From the IMG/VR virus record IMGVR_UViG_3300035182_000298, positions 1-55,880 of that record: a DNA stretch of 55,880 nt; one strand, given 5' to 3'. Source of the stretch: a virus. Its lineage: Duplodnaviria > Caudoviricetes. This document shows positions 26,789-36,942 of this stretch, piece by piece (position 1 is the stretch's first letter; each line of letters starts with the position of its first letter). Under the pieces are notes generated by a model. That model saw only the letters and a program-made list of their open reading frames with translations, did no database searches and had not been told where the DNA came from. The position numbers and the translations under genes were made by a program.

Positions 26789-27345
26789 TGCCTATTAAGA
26801 AACTCGTACCTAAAGTACCAGATCCTTATATTAGCAAGAATGAGCTGAATCAATTCTGGCCTGCTAGATTTGGTCATTTAGATTATTTAATTGATCAGAT
26901 TAATGCAACATCAAGTACTACTACAAATGGAATAAGTGGTTCAGTAAAGATTATATCAGGTTCTATTACTCCTGCTCAATGGACAACACTACAGAGTGAT
27001 CCTATTCCAATCTACACTAATACAGCAAATGCTTTTTTTATGCCACTTAGTGGGATGATAAAATATTCATATGATCCTGTTTTAGGTGTACCACCTTGTG
27101 AGCATTTTGGACTATATTATGATAATGGTAACTTCATACCTGTATTAGTAGTATATTCTACTTCTTGGCTAACAGCAGTTCCTATGCCTACAGGTATTAT
27201 AAACATGCTCCCTGACCCTAGTCAAAATGCAATCGGTTCTAACACTGATGTATTAGTTTTAGGTAGTGGAGCTAATATAGATTGTCCTGGGACAATAATG
27301 AATACGTCAACCTATTTTATTGTGGGATTAGAAATTATAACATAA
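26788..27345 (+). CDS. putative head-fibre/decoration protein, N-terminus paralogous to the previous gene
   Basis: KLVPKVPD...ARFGHLDYLI. Confidence 0.65.
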   Translation: MPIKKLVPKVPDPYISKNELNQFWPARFGHLDYLIDQINATSSTTTNGISGSVKIISGSITPAQWTTLQSDPIPIYTNTANAFFMPLSGMIKYSYDPVLGVPPCEHFGLYYDNGNFIPVLVVYSTSWLTAVPMPTGIINMLPDPSQNAIGSNTDVLVLGSGANIDCPGTIMNTSTYFIVGLEIIT

Positions 27346-27375
27346 AATTTTACAAAACCAACAAAAACCAACAAA

Positions 27376-28392
27376 ATGAGTGTAACAATTGTAGAAACAA
27401 ATCCAGCAACAAAAAAGTACAACAGTACTATTGCTATCCGCCCTTATGTAGACTTATTAAAGTCTAATATGGGATTAGAGAAATATGATCTTGCGTTATT
27501 TGATGGAATCTTCCACGAAGAACAACTTGCTTGTTTAGAAATAAACGGTATTAAGCGTTATGTAACAGGACTTAATGAATTTGCTCCTGACATAAAGAAG
27601 TTACCTGAACAAGAGCGCGAAGCAGCTATAATTGAAATACGAAGACTTGTATCTCAATTAGAAGCAGAGCTTGCTGCAAACTTCGTAGAGCCTAATGACA
27701 AGGAGTTTTGGAACAAAATCAAACTTCTTGCTCCAAACAACGATGATTTCTGGGGTAAGATTGCTATTCGTGTATCTAATGAGCCTGTGTTTCTTAATCC
27801 CCAAGATCCTCATGATTTAATTAAACTCAAAGCTATTGAAGCAGGTGGATTTTGCCTTGTAGCTAAATCACTAGAAGTAGCACGTAAGTCTACTACTACA
27901 CATAAGTTCTATCTTGACAAATTCGAAGAGACAGCTTCTATTAAAACTGAGGTCAAAAAGATGCGTAATAAAGCACTTGCTGAACTAGAGAAGCTTGCAA
28001 ACAAGAATGTAAACAAGCTTATGTATGTATCCAAGGTGGTAGATCCTAATTCTCCTCAATACAAAAAAACTACTCCTACAGATGTTATGTACGATAACAT
28101 GGACAAGTACATCAATGGAGAAACAGTAGATACAGATAAACGCAAAACAGCACAACGATTCCTTGAAATTTCAGGTCTTGATATGGAAACACTCAAGATT
28201 AGAGCTATTATCAAGGATTCAGCATATTATAAGTTGATTGTAACCCGTGGTGATGGATATATTTATCACAATGAGTCTAACACAATGCTTGGAAAAAATC
28301 CATCAGAAATTGCAGAATATCTTAAGAATCCTCTTCATGAGGACATTTTGATGAGTCTTACTAAAGGCGTGGAGAAATACTGGAATAACTAA
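27376..28392 (+). CDS. capsid-module protein (crAss gene 75-like by position)
   Basis: 338 aa; RYVTGLNEFAP and YLKNPLHEDI motifs; downstream of MCP. Confidence 0.7.
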   Translation: MSVTIVETNPATKKYNSTIAIRPYVDLLKSNMGLEKYDLALFDGIFHEEQLACLEINGIKRYVTGLNEFAPDIKKLPEQEREAAIIEIRRLVSQLEAELAANFVEPNDKEFWNKIKLLAPNNDDFWGKIAIRVSNEPVFLNPQDPHDLIKLKAIEAGGFCLVAKSLEVARKSTTTHKFYLDKFEETASIKTEVKKMRNKALAELEKLANKNVNKLMYVSKVVDPNSPQYKKTTPTDVMYDNMDKYINGETVDTDKRKTAQRFLEISGLDMETLKIRAIIKDSAYYKLIVTRGDGYIYHNESNTMLGKNPSEIAEYLKNPLHEDILMSLTKGVEKYWNN

Positions 28393-28399
28393 ACTAATA

Positions 28400-29110
28400 A
28401 TGACAAACGCAGAATTACAGATAAAAGTCAAAGAGAGGCTAAACAAATTAGCTTCTCTTGACTATGATAATTTTGAGTGTTGGCAGATAGTTGAGGCTTT
28501 TAACAAAGCGCAATTAGAGTGGATTCGTAGACAAGTGATTGGTGCTAATCAATACAAGCGAGGGGAAGGGTCATCAAAAGTAGTGTATGACGATCTACAA
28601 AAGCTTGTTAAAACATCACCCATTAGCGGTAATAACTACCCAACAACAAATCCTGCTAACTTTGAAACTGATATCATTCCATTAGATTATCTTTATTATA
28701 GTTCAGTATATGCAATGGTCAAAACAGATTGTTGTCCTGAGCGTAATATGATAGTCTATATAGTAGACAAAGAGGACTTGTATGTAATTCTACGTGATGT
28801 CAATAAAAAACCTAGCTTTGATTGGGGTGAAACTGTAGCAGTCCTTTCTGATAATAGGATGACTATATATACAGATGGAGATTTTCAAATTACATCGCTT
28901 AGTTTAACATACTATCGCAAACCTAATCCTGTATCATTTCAAGGCTGTGTAAATATAACAACTGGAGCAATCACATCTGATGTGCCTTGTGAGTTTAAGG
29001 ATGACATTGCTGAAATTCTAGTGGACAATGCAGTGGCTATATTAGCAGCGGATATTGAATCATTTAACCAATACACAAGGGCTACTAACTCAGTGCAATC
29101 TAATACATAA
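28400..29110 (+). CDS. putative tail ring / head-tail connector protein
   Basis: FNKAQLEWIRRQ, DDLQKLV, LTYYRKP and EILVDNAV follow a connector/ring pattern. Confidence 0.65.
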   Translation: MTNAELQIKVKERLNKLASLDYDNFECWQIVEAFNKAQLEWIRRQVIGANQYKRGEGSSKVVYDDLQKLVKTSPISGNNYPTTNPANFETDIIPLDYLYYSSVYAMVKTDCCPERNMIVYIVDKEDLYVILRDVNKKPSFDWGETVAVLSDNRMTIYTDGDFQITSLSLTYYRKPNPVSFQGCVNITTGAITSDVPCEFKDDIAEILVDNAVAILAADIESFNQYTRATNSVQSNT

Positions 29111-29721
29111 TGGAGAATAATTCTGTAAAAAGACCTCTAAAGGCAGTTGAGTCTAAAGAAACAAAACCTACACTACAAAGGCCATCTGAGAAAGAAACTG
29201 CAAAACCTACAGTTACAAAGAGTAAGAATCCTCTTATTTCAGATGATTGTTTAAAAATGCTTAACTATAGGATTGAACAAGAAGACTACTCATCACGGGT
29301 ATATCTTGCTATGTCTATGTGGTTAGATGATAAAGGATACATGAATGCATCTAAACTCTGGAGAAAATATTCAGATGAAGAACGCAATCATGCAGATTTA
29401 GCAAGACAATATTTATTAGATTTAGGACTCAGACCTCTGACTGCTATGCTAAATCAACCCGTGCAAGAGTTCTCAGGATTCCCACAAATTATTAAAGATA
29501 CATACGAGCATGAGGTAGTCATTACTAATCAATGTAAAGAACTAGCTAGTCATGCTCTCAAACTAGGAGATCACATGCTCTACCAACTTGCTGGTACTTA
29601 TCTCAAAGAACAGATTGAAGAGTTAGGTAAAGCACAAAATCTGGTAGATCAATTAGAATCTTTTGGTGAGGACAAGATAGCAATGCGTTTACTTGACCAC
29701 GAGCTCAAAGATTATCTATAA
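29110..29721 (+). CDS. ferritin
   Basis: LNYRIEQEDYSSRVYLAMSMW...EERNHA...YEHEVVIT...YLKEQIEE contains the ferroxidase-centre residues; about 40-aa K/P/T-rich N-terminal extension. Confidence 0.88.
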   Translation: MENNSVKRPLKAVESKETKPTLQRPSEKETAKPTVTKSKNPLISDDCLKMLNYRIEQEDYSSRVYLAMSMWLDDKGYMNASKLWRKYSDEERNHADLARQYLLDLGLRPLTAMLNQPVQEFSGFPQIIKDTYEHEVVITNQCKELASHALKLGDHMLYQLAGTYLKEQIEELGKAQNLVDQLESFGEDKIAMRLLDHELKDYL

Positions 29722-29789
29722 AAAATTTGGATATTCTAACATAATACCTTATATTATATCATATTGTAACCCCTAAAACTTAAAAAACA

Positions 29790-31136
29790 ATGGCTTATTT
29801 TAATCATGCGTTTCAGAAAACGCTTATTGCAACAGACATCAATGGAGATACTGATGGTGGTTTCTACACAGTTGATGGTGACAGCACAATTCTCATTCCT
29901 GCTGGAACAGTGGCAGTAGTAGCTAGTGTAACAACAGGTACATTTGCTGCTAACACAGTAATTGACACTAGTGCAGCATTTGGTGCAACTACTATTCAAC
30001 AATTACCTATGATCTATTTGGCTCAAGGTAGCATTAACACTAAGGACAAACTTGGTCCCTTAGCTGGTGGATATAAAGAGTCTGTAAAGACTAAAGGTAT
30101 TAACCCTAAGTATGTAAGTAAGTTCTTTAAGGTTGATCCTTGCTGCTCTCAAAATGAGATTCAGACTGTATGTCTTTGCACAGATGCTATACCTCAATGT
30201 GGTACATCTTACTATTTGCGCGTTGATGTTAAAGGTTCACCTGCGCTACGTTTTTTGAGTCATAATCTGTATCGTACTTTTTCTTCTAATAATGTATGTT
30301 GCCCTGCTGATCCTACAGCTTCTACAGCAATTGATCCAATGCAAGTTCAAACTTCTTGGGCATGGCAAATTGCTCGTGATCCAATCATGAGTCAATTTAT
30401 TCAGGCTGTACTGACTTGGGATTCAGGTGGTGGCACAACCACTTTTGATGTAGCTGCTTGGTATGCTGCTAATCCTACTCTTATGGATACAGATCTTTAT
30501 GCTGCTATTCAAAACGAACCTGCTACTTATCCTTATACTTCAAATGGTCTTGCTTCACAAGAGGAAGATTATTTACCAGGGGAATCCACAGGTGCTTGTA
30601 TGTACTTAATTGGTGCATATGTAGACACTCAGTTTGGAACTTGCTCTTTCCATCCACAAGATTTTTATGAACTTGCTCCTGTTAAGATCTACCCATCTAT
30701 TACTGACCAATTAGGAGATCCTTGTGTTGATCAAATTTGGTGTACTAATCTTGATCAACTTGGTGTACAAGGTGATGGATATGGATACAAACTTCTGCGC
30801 GATGTGATTTTATTCCGTCGTTATATGCAAGAGCAATATGTATACGATCCGCGTTTACGTGAGGTTATGAACCAAGATCAAGCTTATAAGTGGATTGATC
30901 AAACTAGTCAATATACCACTTACGGTATTCTTCATAGTGTACCAAGGTTTAACAACCCAACAGGTGTATTTGACAATGATCAATATCTAGTGACTATTGT
31001 TATGCCAGCCACTGCGGATTGCGAGACTTCATCTAGTGTAGCAACATTTGAAACTTGGATGAATGCTTATCTTGCTAAGGCTGGTAATGGTGTTCAGCTT
31101 GAAGATCTTTCTGCTTGTTGTGTTAGTGGAGGATAA
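29790..31136 (+). CDS. abundant virion structural protein (auxiliary capsid protein-like)
   Basis: 448 aa with its own promoter-like leader and terminator; YYLRVDVKGSPALRFL and HSVPRFNNPTGVFDNDQY motifs. Role inferred from gene order. Confidence 0.65.
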   Translation: MAYFNHAFQKTLIATDINGDTDGGFYTVDGDSTILIPAGTVAVVASVTTGTFAANTVIDTSAAFGATTIQQLPMIYLAQGSINTKDKLGPLAGGYKESVKTKGINPKYVSKFFKVDPCCSQNEIQTVCLCTDAIPQCGTSYYLRVDVKGSPALRFLSHNLYRTFSSNNVCCPADPTASTAIDPMQVQTSWAWQIARDPIMSQFIQAVLTWDSGGGTTTFDVAAWYAANPTLMDTDLYAAIQNEPATYPYTSNGLASQEEDYLPGESTGACMYLIGAYVDTQFGTCSFHPQDFYELAPVKIYPSITDQLGDPCVDQIWCTNLDQLGVQGDGYGYKLLRDVILFRRYMQEQYVYDPRLREVMNQDQAYKWIDQTSQYTTYGILHSVPRFNNPTGVFDNDQYLVTIVMPATADCETSSSVATFETWMNAYLAKAGNGVQLEDLSACCVSGG

Positions 31137-31174
31137 TAATATTGATGTATTAAACTAATAAAACGTAATACCTT

Positions 31175-31214
31175 AAAAGGGGGAGTGAGAGTTTGACTCT
31201 TCTTCCCCCTTTTT
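31175..31214 (+). terminator. intrinsic terminator
   Basis: AAAAGGGGGAG...CTTCCCCCTTTTT. Confidence 0.8.
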
Positions 31215-31248
31215 ATTAAATAAAAATTCGTATCTTATAACAAGAACC

Positions 31249-31899
31249 ATGGCACGACACCAATTATCTCTCAACATAGTAGATGGTTGTAACCCCAATA
31301 ATTTTACAATCATTGATACGAGCAATTATATAAATGCTCCTTTATCTTGTCCTACATTAGGAATTACAATGCCAGGTGCTGGAGGTCCTATATATTATGT
31401 AGATCCTACACAAACTCCAGGTAGTCAATATTACCCTCTTCCTGATGTTTTACAAGTTGATTGTAGCCCATGTCCACCATGTCCTGCTGGTACATTTCAA
31501 CCTTATATAGGTAAGCCTAAATTTAACTATACAATAGACAATATATTCTTAAAAATCCAAAACTCTGGTGAAACACTAAGTTCTCTTTCTGATGGACTTT
31601 GGATTATTAGTTATTGTGTTGCTCCTTGTGATAAACTTGGTGTTGAATATTATTATCTTCGTATAACTTCTGCACTCAATCAATATGCTTCTTTGCTTTG
31701 TAAGTTAAGATTATCTAACTGCTTACCAAGCCAAGAGACTCTAAATATGATTGACCAACTGCATGTAATTAAGATGTATTTGGATTCAGCAAAAGCTCGC
31801 GTTGAAGTATGTCATGCTCCTAATGAAGGGGTAGCACTATATGAATATGCCTTGAAGCTTATGGCTAACTGGGAAAAAACGTGTTGTAGCACTTGTTAA
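31249..31899 (+). CDS. Cys-rich virion protein (tail hub-like by position)
   Basis: LSDGLWIISYCVAP...AKARVEVCH...LYEYA; ends in CCSTC. Confidence 0.6.
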   Translation: MARHQLSLNIVDGCNPNNFTIIDTSNYINAPLSCPTLGITMPGAGGPIYYVDPTQTPGSQYYPLPDVLQVDCSPCPPCPAGTFQPYIGKPKFNYTIDNIFLKIQNSGETLSSLSDGLWIISYCVAPCDKLGVEYYYLRITSALNQYASLLCKLRLSNCLPSQETLNMIDQLHVIKMYLDSAKARVEVCHAPNEGVALYEYALKLMANWEKTCCSTC

Positions 31900-31921
31900 A
31901 TTTATATAAAACCAACAAATA

Positions 31922-32074
31922 ATGGCTCGAATTCAATGTCCAAATTGTGGCATCCCCTGCACAGGTTGCGCGGGTGCTCGTATTGTAACTGCATCTAATG
32001 GAACCAAATGCTGTACTAAATGCATAGGTAAATTAGAACTTCAAATTAAGTCAAATCAACAAAACAAAAATTAA
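31922..32074 (+). CDS. 50-aa Cys-rich (Zn-finger-like) protein
   Basis: Read by hand: MARIQCPNCGIPCTGCAGARIVTASNGTKCCTKCIGKLELQIKSNQQNKN; preceded by an AACCAAC leader. Confidence 0.7.
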   Translation: MARIQCPNCGIPCTGCAGARIVTASNGTKCCTKCIGKLELQIKSNQQNKN

Positions 32075-32079
32075 CTTAA

Positions 32080-32325
32080 ATGAGTTGCGAAATCACTCCT
32101 TCCTTACCTGCAGAAACTAAGATTGATATCCTTATTAGTAATGAGGGTATGAATCGTTATCGTAATGACTATTATGGTATGAATGTATGTAAGGAAGGAT
32201 ATGATTTTATGTATTTAATGGACATGAAATTTCTATTGCAGATGACATCATGTGCCCAGACTGAGTGTCATTGCTATTGTCAATGTTCATATGATGCGGT
32301 TAAAGAGCGAATAAATACTTTATGA
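32080..32325 (+). CDS. small Cys-rich protein
   Basis: 81 aa containing CHCYCQC; ATGA overlap with the next gene. Confidence 0.65.
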   Translation: MSCEITPSLPAETKIDILISNEGMNRYRNDYYGMNVCKEGYDFMYLMDMKFLLQMTSCAQTECHCYCQCSYDAVKERINTL

Positions 32326-33680
32326 AACCTATACAAAAGCCAGTAAACAATAAAGTTACATCATGTGAGGATGTCTCATCGACATGTGTCATATGGGATG
32401 GACCAGCTTTATCGTTTGGTTGCATGAATATAGAAATATGCAAGGGAGATAGTATAAATATTGCTTTGTACGAGCTTTTCAAAATGATGTGCACGCTTTT
32501 AGAGAATACAAATATATCCCTGATTGATTCAACATGTTTGTTTGATTTACCTGCTGAGCCTGATACTTTTGAAGAACTATTAAACCTAATCATACAAAAG
32601 TTATGTGACCAGGATATAACAGTACTTTCACTAGAAGATGTAGAAAATAGAACATATAGTGCAAATCTTCCTTACTGCTTACAGAATGTTAACGATGTAT
32701 TGACTGTAACAAAACTACCTATTGACCAGTACTTCAATAAAGTAGCATTCAGCATGTGTGAGCCAATTGCTCAATTGGATGATAATTTAATTGAAATTGC
32801 TGATATACAAGTTCAGATTGCACTTTTAGATGCTGAAATTACTGCGATTTGTATACCAATTGCAGGTTTAGAAGTCACTCCAACATGTTCAGCTCCTGCT
32901 ATTCCTACACTTATTAACAAAGCACTTGAAGCACTAGAGTCAGCTTTTTGTTCATACAAGAACTTTACAGGTACTCCTGATGAGTTATCCAAGGCTATTG
33001 CATTAGATTGTCCTAACCTAAATAATTTATCTGCGCTATCCAACACAAATACAATGAGTGATATTTATGGTTGGGTAAATACCCCCACAAATGTAGCCCA
33101 GAGTATGAATAATTTATGGTTAACAATCTGTGACATTAGATCAGCAATAAGAAATATTCTAATAGGATGTTGTGTAGATAGCCCTTGTTTATCTTTCATT
33201 GTTTTTTACGAACTACAGTTTGATCCAAACAATCAGTGGATGGATATTGTGTTTAATGATAATGTATATCCACCACCATCTCCAATGCCTGGATTAAATG
33301 GAACTCAAACTATTATAAAAAAGTTAGACAGAACACTAACGTATAATGGATCAGTGATTGCTCCAGTGTGGATAGCTGCAGACTTCCCTACTATAGGAAA
33401 TGTAATCATTACTATTAATGATGGATCTGGCGATATTGTATTAGATACTGGATCTACAATAGTAGACCTTATGTATTTTAGTGGACCAACTGGTGGAAAA
33501 TACAGATTTAACTACACTCCAGATTATGACTATAATGCTCCTGTAAAAAGCATTAAGATAGAATTTGATTATACATGGGATAATCCATCACCCCCTGTAA
33601 GTGTTCTACCACCTGCAGTTCCTACTTGTGAAGAGTGCGCATGTTGTTGTACTTACTCAATAATAAACGGAATTTATTAA
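32322..33680 (+). CDS. Cys-rich tail-fibre-associated protein, paralog A
   Basis: SSTCVIWDGP, TPTC, LESAFC and GWVNTP...NLWLTICDIRSA motifs shared with the next gene. Confidence 0.7.
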   Translation: MKPIQKPVNNKVTSCEDVSSTCVIWDGPALSFGCMNIEICKGDSINIALYELFKMMCTLLENTNISLIDSTCLFDLPAEPDTFEELLNLIIQKLCDQDITVLSLEDVENRTYSANLPYCLQNVNDVLTVTKLPIDQYFNKVAFSMCEPIAQLDDNLIEIADIQVQIALLDAEITAICIPIAGLEVTPTCSAPAIPTLINKALEALESAFCSYKNFTGTPDELSKAIALDCPNLNNLSALSNTNTMSDIYGWVNTPTNVAQSMNNLWLTICDIRSAIRNILIGCCVDSPCLSFIVFYELQFDPNNQWMDIVFNDNVYPPPSPMPGLNGTQTIIKKLDRTLTYNGSVIAPVWIAADFPTIGNVIITINDGSGDIVLDTGSTIVDLMYFSGPTGGKYRFNYTPDYDYNAPVKSIKIEFDYTWDNPSPPVSVLPPAVPTCEECACCCTYSIINGIY

Positions 33681-33681
33681 T

Positions 33682-36600
33682 ATGAAACCTGTCAGTTCAA
33701 GTATCAAATCAAATAACAAGTGTCTCAACCCCGTCACTACTAAATGTGTAACATGGGATGGACCAGAGATTACATGTTTAGATGGCACTGTACTCTGCAA
33801 GGGTCAGACTATTGAAAATAGCGTATACTTACTTGCAAGCAAAATGTGTGAGATATACGAGGCTATTGATATTCAAGGAATAAATACTTGTATCAACAAC
33901 ATTCAAGATGGTGCTTCTATAAGTATAGGTTCTACATCTACTATACAGCAGATATTTTCAGCTATCATCAACAAGGTATGTTCGTTAAATACACGCGTAC
34001 AGACACTTGAAAACACAGATTGTCCTGAGATTAGAGCAGTTGTTCCTACTTGTCTTATTAATGATACGACCTTACCAGTTCAAGTGCAAAGTCTTTTAGG
34101 GTGGGATAGCACAACTAATACATTACCTATTGAATCTTATGCGAGTTATGTGGCGCAGATTATATGTTTCATGCTCATTAAGATTAATACGATACAGAAT
34201 AGCATTGCCAGTATAAATCAAGACATCCAATCTTTGTGGGATGCTTTGAACAATTGCACAAACAACTGTTCATTTAATGTACAACCTACTTGTACTAATA
34301 ATTTTACTCTTAACCCAAATAATCAACCCGTATTCATATCAGATGCATATACGTGGTTAGAAACTGATTTTTGTCAATTACAATCTGCAATAGGAACATC
34401 TAGTCAAATTACTGATGCAATATCAAAACAATGTGCTAACTTGAATGAGCAAGACAAGCTTTCTTCAGGTGGTACAATGGAGAATATTGCTGGATGGGTT
34501 AATAGTCCAGTTAACTTGGCAGATAGTTTATCAAACATGTGGTTGACTGTATGTGATATGCGTCAAGCAGTAAGTCAAATACTAGATGGATGTTGTTTTT
34601 CACTTTGCAGCTACTTAGAGTTTGGGTATGACATCACATGGTCACAGGATGGAACAACCGTTACTTTTTCGGTGAATACTCCTGGATTTGCAACAGTTTA
34701 TACAAGTGCTGCTGTTCCTGCACCTTTAACGTCTCCTTATACAGCAGCTGCTCCAGGTCCTCTTCTAGCGTGGGTAACAACACAGTTTCCTATAGCATCA
34801 CAAACTAACATAGTAATTACATTTGATGATGGTGTGGGTATGCAAGCAGTTTGGAGTACAGGTCAAAAACTGAATGCTCTTGCTATTGTTTCAACACCTA
34901 TTTCATTTACTTTTCCTATGGGTTATGATTATACATCAATAAATCAAACTATTAATATACAGTTTAACTACGATGTGGATGACAGCGTTACTCCAGTGGT
35001 AAGTTGTGAGATAAATCAAACTGATAGCTTACCTTATGAATGCTGTTCTCCACCACCTGTTCCTTATGATTGGGGTTATGATATAAGCTCAAGTGATGGT
35101 ACAGACATGACTATAATTGTAGATGGTCTTCTAGAGTCAACAGGTCTAGTTTATCCATCTACAGGAACTGCTAATCCAACTACGATTGGAGCAAATACAT
35201 TAATTGATACATCAGCTACATTCAATGCAGGATGGGCAACTTCTGGTGAATTTGGATACATTGTAAGAATAACAAGTGGACCAGGTGCGGGACAAGTTAG
35301 GTATATTACTAATGTAAATGTTGGTGCAGATACACTAACAGTTAATCAAAACTGGGATACACCACTACCAACAACAGCAAGTACCTATGAAATTCAGGAT
35401 ATATATTGGTTATTCCCACTTAATGGTCCTGATTATCCATGTGGTATTTCTGCACCTGATCCTTCACCACTGATTGATCTTAAAATTCAAATAATTGAAA
35501 TTGATAGTGCTTACAACCCTAATGACCCTACTAATTGGAACATACAATTTCAAATTCCAAATATTAGTAGTACTACAATAAGTACTACAGGTGCTATTGT
35601 TTCATCTGGTGTTTTAAGTCCAAATGTAGATTATGCGGTTGCTGTATTTGCACACTATGCATGTAACTACTCAGAACCTACAATTTATAACACAGTAACA
35701 CCTATTGCAGCAAGTGTTAGCATTCAATTTGGAACACCAACAGCACCTGCTCCACAGGTATTTACTACAGCATCAACTCAGGTAATTGTAGATGATATTA
35801 CAAATAACTCACCATCTTCAAATTTACCTAATCAGAGTGTTACTTCACAAAGTCCTGCTCTTTTTGCATTGACTTTACCTACTGCAGGAAATTTTACTAG
35901 GTTTGAGCTTATACCTGGAAAAGGAGTATTTGCTCCACTACCAGGTCAGACGCCTATAAACTATGCAATTTGTGGATTGATTTATGATCCTTGGAGTACT
36001 ACTGGAGCTCCATTAAATACACCAAATCGAGATATAGTCCTTGGGCAATATCGTGGGTATGATGTTGAGATATTTGATGCGTCAGCAAATAATACACTTA
36101 CACCCATATTGGATGCATGTGGAGTACCTTTTAAAACTAACTCGTTAGATGATCCAAACATAGCATTTATATATAATCAACCATTTGGATTTGCTGGCCT
36201 ATGTCCAGTTCCTCCAGTACCCTTGTGTGTTATTGCTCCACAAACAATTCCTCCATGCCCTCTTGGAACAGCTGGTGTTCCAATTACAATTGATATTCCA
36301 TCTACATATATTCCAAATGTATTGCCTATTATAGTACGCTATAATCCTGCAAACCGTAAGGTAAATCTTAGTGATGATTTTCATACTATAACCATCAAAG
36401 CGGGCAGTAGATTAAGAATCAATAATACGGGTGCAGTTAATAATTTGACTAATGCTGATTTATTTTTCTATGTGCGCGTATTTACATTTGATCCAAGTGC
36501 AGTAGCTCCAGGATGGAGTGATTACCCAACACCTAGATATAACTCATTTCCACTTATACCTACTACTACACCTATTGGTCCTTTAGGATTTTGGCAAGAA

Positions 36601-36924
36601 ACTGTACTTGTTGATCAGACTGTGACATGTAAATATGGTGATGCAATATATGGGTTACTTCAATACGATACAGGTAGTGCGTCTCCTCCTAATTCTAGTT
36701 GTTTCATTGGTTCTGGTGCTTCAACTATGCCACTGACAATTGGACCTGATCCTACTACATCTCAGTTTTCTTGTAACATACCGTCACTTGTAGAAATATC
36801 AACAACAAGAAATGGAACAGCACTTCCAGTAATAACTGGGTCTACCAGAGGATTAAACTATAAGTTCTTTGTAACAGAAGACTTGGATATATCATTTGAT
36901 GTAGTTGTAAATATTAATGCATAA
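33682..36924 (+). CDS. Cys-rich tail fibre protein, paralog B
   Basis: Same N-terminal ~300 aa module as paralog A, then T/S/P-rich beta domains; contains IVRITSGPGAGQVRYI. Confidence 0.75.
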   Translation: MKPVSSSIKSNNKCLNPVTTKCVTWDGPEITCLDGTVLCKGQTIENSVYLLASKMCEIYEAIDIQGINTCINNIQDGASISIGSTSTIQQIFSAIINKVCSLNTRVQTLENTDCPEIRAVVPTCLINDTTLPVQVQSLLGWDSTTNTLPIESYASYVAQIICFMLIKINTIQNSIASINQDIQSLWDALNNCTNNCSFNVQPTCTNNFTLNPNNQPVFISDAYTWLETDFCQLQSAIGTSSQITDAISKQCANLNEQDKLSSGGTMENIAGWVNSPVNLADSLSNMWLTVCDMRQAVSQILDGCCFSLCSYLEFGYDITWSQDGTTVTFSVNTPGFATVYTSAAVPAPLTSPYTAAAPGPLLAWVTTQFPIASQTNIVITFDDGVGMQAVWSTGQKLNALAIVSTPISFTFPMGYDYTSINQTINIQFNYDVDDSVTPVVSCEINQTDSLPYECCSPPPVPYDWGYDISSSDGTDMTIIVDGLLESTGLVYPSTGTANPTTIGANTLIDTSATFNAGWATSGEFGYIVRITSGPGAGQVRYITNVNVGADTLTVNQNWDTPLPTTASTYEIQDIYWLFPLNGPDYPCGISAPDPSPLIDLKIQIIEIDSAYNPNDPTNWNIQFQIPNISSTTISTTGAIVSSGVLSPNVDYAVAVFAHYACNYSEPTIYNTVTPIAASVSIQFGTPTAPAPQVFTTASTQVIVDDITNNSPSSNLPNQSVTSQSPALFALTLPTAGNFTRFELIPGKGVFAPLPGQTPINYAICGLIYDPWSTTGAPLNTPNRDIVLGQYRGYDVEIFDASANNTLTPILDACGVPFKTNSLDDPNIAFIYNQPFGFAGLCPVPPVPLCVIAPQTIPPCPLGTAGVPITIDIPSTYIPNVLPIIVRYNPANRKVNLSDDFHTITIKAGSRLRINNTGAVNNLTNADLFFYVRVFTFDPSAVAPGWSDYPTPRYNSFPLIPTTTPIGPLGFWQETVLVDQTVTCKYGDAIYGLLQYDTGSASPPNSSCFIGSGASTMPLTIGPDPTTSQFSCNIPSLVEISTTRNGTALPVITGSTRGLNYKFFVTEDLDISFDVVVNINA

Positions 36925-36942
36925 CAATAACAAATAAAAAAA

